Below, one piece after another: positions 58,614 through 64,000 of a DNA stretch of 64,000 nt (position 1 is the first letter of the stretch; each line of letters begins with the position of its first letter). The stretch is taken from positions 3,588,934 through 3,652,933 of the forward strand of contig CP070643.1 of assembly GCA_020354125.1 (NCBI GenBank), written 5' to 3'. Position numbers and translations under genes: made by a program. The notes under the pieces were generated by a model. That model was not told the origin of the DNA. It did no database searches and saw only the letters and a list, made by a program, of their open reading frames with translations. Source of the stretch: Betaproteobacteria bacterium. Its GTDB lineage: Bacteria; Pseudomonadota; Gammaproteobacteria; Burkholderiales; Eutrophovitaceae.

Positions 58614-58664
58614 TTAAACAATCAAACTAGCTAAACAGTCAAACTGGTTAAACAGTCAAATCGA
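58614..58664. repeat. Three tandem 17-nt direct repeats (iteron-like)
   Basis: TTAAACAATCAAACTAG / CTAAACAGTCAAACTGG / TTAAACAGTCAAATCGA, 83-133 nt upstream of the SLOG-like gene start. Confidence 0.85.
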
Positions 58665-59220
58665 CGGCTACGTCAGGATGTTCTGTCTCTTCTTCTTGCG
58701 TGCCGGCTGATACTGTTGTAACCGACGAGTTGGTGTCCCTTCATGTGCAATACACATGCCGCGAGGCGCCCTCGACGTCCTGCGCAGATCGCCACCTACC
58801 AAGTCTTCCTGGCTTCACACGAGTAATGCCATGCCATCCGTTGCCGGAAACGCCAACAGTTCCAATTGTCCTTCCCGGACCGTTGCAAGGCTTCTGTATT
58901 AGCAGTCGTTGTTTTGGCGGTCGCCCTTCCCGGGCTCTGCGGGGCGCCTGCTGGGCGTATCAAGGATTCTCCGCCTCCAGCAACGCCGCGGCTCACTCTG
59001 ACGCGAAACTACAACCACAAAATATCCACATCGCGTCCAAACGCGGCAACCAGTTCGCACTCATCGGTCGACCGCTGCTGTTCTTGGCTCCGGCCACACC
59101 GCCTGGCCAGCCGAACGCCCACTTTCAAGCCGCAACTTTACCACTACCTGCGGCAAATGTTGAGAAATCGGTATATCTTCGTTCGTCAGACGCGGATTCG
59201 CCCCGGTGCGTCCTCGCTGA

Positions 59221-59355
59221 TTGCCACGTACAGCCTCGCCAAGAACCGGATTGCCACGTAACTGATCGCCAAGTACCAGCTTGCAAAGTACAGGGTTGCC
59301 GAGCACCTGCTTGCCGAGCACCTGCTTGCCAAGCACATGCCGAGCCAAGACGTGC
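59221..59355. repeat. Tandem array of about nine 15-nt units
   Basis: The unit is ttgccgagcacctgc. Two adjacent perfect copies lie at 59296-59325, and the flanking units diverge progressively. In the minus-strand frame the array encodes five-residue repeats (HVLGK QVLGK QVLGN PVLCK LVLGD ...). Confidence 0.85.
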
Positions 59356-59400
59356 GAGGACGTGGGATAATCATCGCTGACCTCGTAATCACTCACAGGA

Positions 59401-59808
59401 ATGACCGTTATGGCCTTGGACAAATCCGCTGAAGAACTGAAGATGAATGCAGACACTCTCTTCCGCGAAGAGATTATCACCGATCGCAAGGTCGGCACGA
59501 TCCGCATTCTGCATCCGATCAAATCGGACGGCACAGCCGATGAGAGCAGGCAACGCGTCTATGTCGGCGAGACCCAGATCATGACACCGATGGGCGCCGT
59601 TCCACTAGCGTTTCAGCTCGATGGTGAAACCTTGTCGGATGCGGTCGAGAAATTCGCCGAAGGCGCACAAGCAGCAGTTGAACGAGCGATGACCGAATTG
59701 CAGCAGCTGCGACGCGAAGCGGCATCCTCAATCGTGATTCCTGAAGGTGTTCCTCCGGGACTGGCCGGCGGTAGTGCACCCGGCGGCGGCAAAATCAAAA
59801 TGCCCTGA
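59401..59808 (+). CDS. Conserved hypothetical cytoplasmic protein
   Basis: 135-aa ORF with an alternative start MNADTLFREE at 59443. Gly/Pro-rich C-terminus. No family name recalled. Confidence 0.5.
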   Translation: MTVMALDKSAEELKMNADTLFREEIITDRKVGTIRILHPIKSDGTADESRQRVYVGETQIMTPMGAVPLAFQLDGETLSDAVEKFAEGAQAAVERAMTELQQLRREAASSIVIPEGVPPGLAGGSAPGGGKIKMP

Positions 59809-59851
59809 ACGGTGAAGGCTGCGCCGATCGGCACAACCTGCAAAACGACAA

Positions 59852-60265
59852 TCAGCCAGCGGTGCCTTTTGCCGTGCTCGATGAAGATTGCATGGCTTTC
59901 ACGCTGCTGGCGTTGAGCAACAGCCAGGTCAACAACATGACGAAGCAACCGAGTACGAAAATCTTGTTGATAAACCAATTGGTGCGCCAGATAGTCCATT
60001 CCGGCGCCGCCAGAAACATCACGAACTTGCTGATGATGATGACGATCTCGGCGATCGAAACGGCAACAGCAAATTCAAACGTATAGCGCGGCCAGTGCAG
60101 CAGCGACCAACCGAGTGCCACGTGCACCACCGGCCAGAAATCCAGATACACGTAGGTGCCTAGCGGCAGATCATTGTCGATCGCATAAGCGATCGGAAAC
60201 AGGTACTTGATGACGATGGTCCACGCCGCGAGTATGAACAGAAAATAAGCAAAGAATCGATTCAT
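59852..60265 (-). CDS. Small integral membrane protein (4 TM)
   Basis: Starts at ATG 60265 (MNRFFAYFLFIL) with a GGAGA RBS. Four hydrophobic helices. It lies 44 nt downstream of the Tat-AKR gene. Confidence 0.55.
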   Translation of the reverse strand: MNRFFAYFLFILAAWTIVIKYLFPIAYAIDNDLPLGTYVYLDFWPVVHVALGWSLLHWPRYTFEFAVAVSIAEIVIIISKFVMFLAAPEWTIWRTNWFINKIFVLGCFVMLLTWLLLNASSVKAMQSSSSTAKGTAG

Positions 60266-60308
60266 GGGTTTATCTCCGGCCTTGCAGTAAACGCTGACCG
60301 CCGCCGAT

Positions 60309-61520
60309 TCAGGCCAACCGGAGCGCGGTTTCGCGCGTGAACTGTGCAATCGGCACGCCTATCGGGCACACGCCAAGACATTGCTGGGTCGTGCAATCGA
60401 TGCAGGCCGCTGCACCACCACCGAGCGCAGCATATTCGGCTTTCGCCAGGCTCCGGTCGCCATAATCAACGTCATACATCCGGGTACGCAATACTTCAGC
60501 GATCTCGACCTTCTGTGGACATGAAGTCGCACACGCGCTGCACCCTGGCTGACAGTACTGACCGGCGCGCATGAAGGCATAGCGCTCCAGCAGCTGACGG
60601 TGGTAGGCGTTCGTCGTGCTGGTTCCCGAAGCGGCAACGAATTCGTCGACCTCAGTCGTGCTGGACATCGAAATCACCAAGGCATCGACATTCGGATCCG
60701 ACAATACCCAGCCGAAAGCGGCCTGAGAAAACGTCCCGCTCGAGCGCTCATAGGGCCGCATGTCATTGAGCTTGGCCCCCATCAGCGTCTTCATCGCCAC
60801 CACACCGACGTCTTTTTTCTTCGCTTTCTCGAGTAGCCGCGGCAACTCCGGCTGAATCGCCGACCAGTGAAACGTATGGCGCAACTTGTCGTAGAAATCA
60901 GGATCCTGCGCAAAGTTGTACGCCACCAGAATGACATCTGCGATGTCATTGTCGATGGTGTAATCAATACACTCGGCGAGCCGGCTGCCATGGCCGGATA
61001 CCCCGCTGAAACGGATCTTGCCCTGCCGTTTCGCCAGTTCAGTGAATTCAAGCCATTCCTGGTTACGCAGGCGGTCAACGTTATTCACGGAGTGGTTAAA
61101 GTAAATATCTACGTAATCAGTCTGCAAACGACGCAAGCTGTTTTCCAGCGACTTCATGATCTCTTCGCGTGATTCGGACGATCCGGCTTTGGTCTTGCTG
61201 GTTAGAATGACTTTGTCTCGCCGGCCCTTGAGTGCCTTGCCAATAGCCTCCTCGGCGCCACCCCAACGATAGCTCTCGGCACTGTCAAAAAAGTTCACGC
61301 CCCTGTCGAAAGCGTGCGCAACAACATCCGGGTTCGAATTACTGGAAGAACCGAGAGATATATCGGATACCTGCAGCTCGGTTCGCCCGAGGCGAACATA
61401 GCGTTGAATGCTGGCCGCCGGTTGGTTGGCAGCGCGACTGTCACCGGTAGCAACGCCAGCGCCTGCGACAGCGAGCGCTGCGCCCGTTCCCATTCGAAGA
61501 AACTCGCGCCTGTCAGTCAT
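60309..61520 (-). CDS. Tat-signal aldo/keto reductase with C-terminal double Cys4 (ferredoxin-like) domain
   Basis: Starts at ATG 61520 with the twin-arginine signal MTDRREFLRMGTGAALAVAG. AKR core (FDSAESY..G.AEE.IGKAL). C-terminal CQPGCSACATSCP and CIDCTTQQCLGVCP cysteine motifs. Confidence 0.8.
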   Translation of the reverse strand: MTDRREFLRMGTGAALAVAGAGVATGDSRAANQPAASIQRYVRLGRTELQVSDISLGSSSNSNPDVVAHAFDRGVNFFDSAESYRWGGAEEAIGKALKGRRDKVILTSKTKAGSSESREEIMKSLENSLRRLQTDYVDIYFNHSVNNVDRLRNQEWLEFTELAKRQGKIRFSGVSGHGSRLAECIDYTIDNDIADVILVAYNFAQDPDFYDKLRHTFHWSAIQPELPRLLEKAKKKDVGVVAMKTLMGAKLNDMRPYERSSGTFSQAAFGWVLSDPNVDALVISMSSTTEVDEFVAASGTSTTNAYHRQLLERYAFMRAGQYCQPGCSACATSCPQKVEIAEVLRTRMYDVDYGDRSLAKAEYAALGGGAAACIDCTTQQCLGVCPIGVPIAQFTRETALRLA

Positions 61521-61717
61521 CGCACAATCTCCGTACCAGGTACCCTCGGCTTCAAGGGCAAGAAAACAATATGGTCCGCCGCACATGATCGAACCGTCAA
61601 CTGCGTTGACATCTCAAGCATTCAATCGCATTGACATTACCTCCCTTACAAAGGTTGCAGCACAATGTAACGAGAATGTAACCAAGCGATGAGCGCCGGG
61701 GTTTCAAAGAAACCGCT

Positions 61718-62908
61718 TCAAGCGGTTTTGACTACGCCCCTCTCTTTCAGCCGGGCGATTTCGTCCGGTGAATAACCGAGCTCAGACAGCACTTCCACCG
61801 AGTGCTCTCCCAGGCGCGCTGCTGGTGTTGTCGGCTCGGGCGCCGATTCCGACCACGACGTCGGTGTTCGCATCGCATACATCGGTCCTTCGGTGGGGTG
61901 CTCCTCCTCAACGAAAAAGCCGCTGCTTTTCAGATGCGTATCGGATAGCAGATCATCCACCTTGTTCATCCGCGCCACCGGAATGTCGGCCTTCTCAAGC
62001 AACGCCATCCATTCAGCTGAGCTGCGCTGTTCCAGGATCTCGGCGAGCAAGTCATAGATTTCACCGATGTGGTTAGCCCGCATTGCGTGCGTCGCAAAGC
62101 GTGGATCGTCCATCATTTCGGACCGTCCAATGGCATCGAAAAACCTTCTCCATTGCGCCTCGTTATAAACCAGTACACAAAGATAACCATCTTTCGTGTG
62201 GTACACCCGGCGATGACGCAAGCGCTCGTATCCTGAACGGCCTTTCGGCGGACGGTAACTGAGCCCGGCGAGATGATCCCCCAACACAAAATGGGATACC
62301 GTTTCGAACATCGGTACTTCGACCGATTGTCCCTGACCGGTTTTTTCGCGGTGATAGAGCGCTGCGGTAACGGTGTACACCGCATGCAGGCCAGTCACAC
62401 GGTCAGCAAAGTTAAGCGGAACGTAGCGTGGGCGCTCAGCGCCATCGCGCGACATCAACCACGGCACGCCGGCACTGCCCTGGATGAGATCGTCGTACGC
62501 TGCCCTGCCCGCGCGCTCACCGCGCTCGGAATAGCCATACGTGCCGACGTAGATCAAACGCGGGTTGACTGAGCGAACGTCGTCATAGGACAGACCGAGT
62601 CTTGCCATGGCTTGCGGGCGCACGTTGTAGACCAGCACGTCCATTTCAGGCAACAAACGCTTGACGACCTCGCGTCCGGCCGGATCTTTGAGGTTGAGCG
62701 AGATACAACGCTTGCCGCGATTAAGGTGCATATGAAGATGCCCCATCGCCGCCGATTGCATGGGCCCAACATCACGCATGTTGTCTCCATGATGCGATTC
62801 GATCTTGATTACATCGGCACCGAGTTCAGCGAGAATCTGGGTCGCGAACGGTCCCATTACGACACTGGTGAGGTCCAGTATTTTTACGCCTGCAAGTGGC
62901 CCGGCCAT
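61718..62908 (-). CDS. Family III CoA-transferase (CaiB/BaiF family)
   Basis: 396-aa ORF. The N-terminal PLAGVKILDLTSVVMGPFATQILAELGADVIKIE is typical of the family. Confidence 0.88.
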   Translation of the reverse strand: MAGPLAGVKILDLTSVVMGPFATQILAELGADVIKIESHHGDNMRDVGPMQSAAMGHLHMHLNRGKRCISLNLKDPAGREVVKRLLPEMDVLVYNVRPQAMARLGLSYDDVRSVNPRLIYVGTYGYSERGERAGRAAYDDLIQGSAGVPWLMSRDGAERPRYVPLNFADRVTGLHAVYTVTAALYHREKTGQGQSVEVPMFETVSHFVLGDHLAGLSYRPPKGRSGYERLRHRRVYHTKDGYLCVLVYNEAQWRRFFDAIGRSEMMDDPRFATHAMRANHIGEIYDLLAEILEQRSSAEWMALLEKADIPVARMNKVDDLLSDTHLKSSGFFVEEEHPTEGPMYAMRTPTSWSESAPEPTTPAARLGEHSVEVLSELGYSPDEIARLKERGVVKTA

Positions 62909-63153
62909 AGTTAGTTTAGACGTCGAAAAGGCAAGTTAAGAAGTCACGTTCGTCAGCAAGTGTAACCCAGCTGACCAACCCGACTCAGGCTTCGGCATAT
63001 ATCTCGCTTGCCTGAAAGTGTGTTTACGCAACTTGCGTTTGTTGCCATGCACCCGGCCGCACAGACCAATTACGCCGCATACGGCTCGAATTACTGTCGG
63101 GATTTGACGACCGTAGCAAACGCGCCCGCCGGCCCGTCAGGGCCCTGACGTCG

Positions 63154-64000
63154 TTGAACTCTCTGTCGTTACGCATTGCCAAGCCATTTATCGCGCCTGC
63201 CGTCGTATTGTTGATTGCGACTGCGGCGGTCACATTCCTATCGGCGCAGGCGTCAGCGGCAATACATCTCCTCCCGGCAATCGTTCTACCAATCGGCATT
63301 GCCCTGAGTCTTTGGTTCAATCGCGGACGTGCATTTCTTGCGCTGGTCTCCTTATTCTGTGCCTATGCCGGCTATGTGCTGGCCTCCTACTACGGTGCGG
63401 AACCATTTGCCCGGCGGGCAGTACTGAGCGGAATCGCCATTTTTGTCCCGCTCAATGTGGCGCTGATCCTGTTCTTGCCGGAACGCGGCGTATTCCATTT
63501 TCGTAGTTACCGCTGGCTACTGCTGATCGTCGTCGAATGCCTGCTTGTCGCCTGGATCGCCAGCGCAGGCCACAGCCCGCTGTCCGGCACCGCTTGGAAG
63601 ACGATACTCGATCACTGGCTGCTGTACCCAAGCCCGACGCCGTTCGTCGGTAAGGTACTCTTCGCCGCCGGCGTCGCATTGGCCACCGGTCGCGTCTACG
63701 AACACCTCGCAGCCGTCGAAATTGGTCTGGGCAGCGCCTTACTCACATTCTTCGCCGCCTGCAGCTGGAGCAATTCGCCAGCGAGTTTTCCGGTCTTCGT
63801 CGCGGCAGCCGGTCTGATTCTGCTCATGTCGGTGCTACAGGAATCACACCGAATGGCGTTTCGCGACGAACTCACCGGACTTCCCGGACGCCGCATGCTC
63901 GAAGAGCAGCTACTCGGGATGGGTCCGCAATTTACCATCGCCATGGTCGATGTCGACCATTTCAAGCGATTCAACGATAGCCACGGACATGACGTCGGCG
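63154..64000 (+). CDS. Membrane-anchored diguanylate cyclase (GGDEF), 3'-truncated by the window edge
   Basis: An open frame (positions congruent to 1 mod 3) runs from the stop at 63013-63015 to the window end. It encodes about 6 TM helices, then RDELTGLPGRRMLEE...AMVDVDHFKRFNDSHGHDVG, the start of a GGDEF domain. There is no in-frame ATG before the TM region, so TTG 63154 is only a guess at the start. Confidence 0.75.
   Translation, partial: MNSLSLRIAKPFIAPAVVLLIATAAVTFLSAQASAAIHLLPAIVLPIGIALSLWFNRGRAFLALVSLFCAYAGYVLASYYGAEPFARRAVLSGIAIFVPLNVALILFLPERGVFHFRSYRWLLLIVVECLLVAWIASAGHSPLSGTAWKTILDHWLLYPSPTPFVGKVLFAAGVALATGRVYEHLAAVEIGLGSALLTFFAACSWSNSPASFPVFVAAAGLILLMSVLQESHRMAFRDELTGLPGRRMLEEQLLGMGPQFTIAMVDVDHFKRFNDSHGHDVG

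Noticed and set aside
58700-59380. 226-aa plus-strand ORF spanning the unassigned gap and the 15-nt repeats
   Set aside because: The translation is Pro/Arg/Cys/Ala-rich with A/T-biased third codon positions, opposite to the bias seen in the real genes here. It is probably spurious.

Overview
Chromosomal segment of a moderately GC-rich proteobacterium. GC was judged by eye, not computed. Gene orders such as exbB-exbD-lpxK-ycaR-kdsB and pilG-pilH-pilI-pilJ-chpA resemble gammaproteobacteria. I can support about 55 protein-coding genes, nearly all matching ORFs in the supplied track. I found no rRNA, tRNA, CRISPR array, transposase or integrase.

Gene content, left to right:
- Housekeeping block: mutL, miaA, xseA, exbBD, lpxK, ycaR, kdsB, adk.
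- Pyrophosphate module: PPi-type phosphofructokinase next to a K+-independent H+-pyrophosphatase.
- Several small secreted or membrane orphan proteins.
- Class II ribonucleotide reductase, directly downstream of a 1893-aa tandem-duplicated UvrA-like ATPase.
- Permease, GST, TerB-like protein and GNAT genes.
- Secreted ChaN-PDZ protein, M1 peptidase and a lipoprotein, all co-directional.
- Compact ba3-like (B-family) haem-copper oxidase operon with SCO and a CtaG-like gene.
- A 10-kb Pil-Chp twitching-motility chemosensory operon.
- Metabolic genes: hydratase, ABM protein, cystathionine beta-synthase.
- Mixed block: DehI-like protein, PD-(D/E)XK nuclease, rlmJ, HExxH protein, MazG-like protein, Omp85-family protein, SLOG-like protein.
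- Tat-exported aldo/keto reductase fused to an Fe-S domain, a family III CoA-transferase, and a truncated GGDEF gene at the right edge.

Most unusual observations:
1. The Pil-Chp operon has no CheR or CheB genes. It continues instead into a Hanks-type Ser/Thr kinase with a degenerate receiver domain, translationally coupled to chpA, followed by a hemerythrin-like gene.
2. The UvrA-like protein carries four intact ABC nucleotide-binding sites, equivalent to a covalent UvrA dimer.
3. About 0.9 kb upstream of pilG has no credible ORF.
4. Two tandem-repeat arrays (17-nt and 15-nt units) lie in an otherwise unassigned 0.87-kb gap.

All functional calls come from motif recognition by eye. No database search was run.
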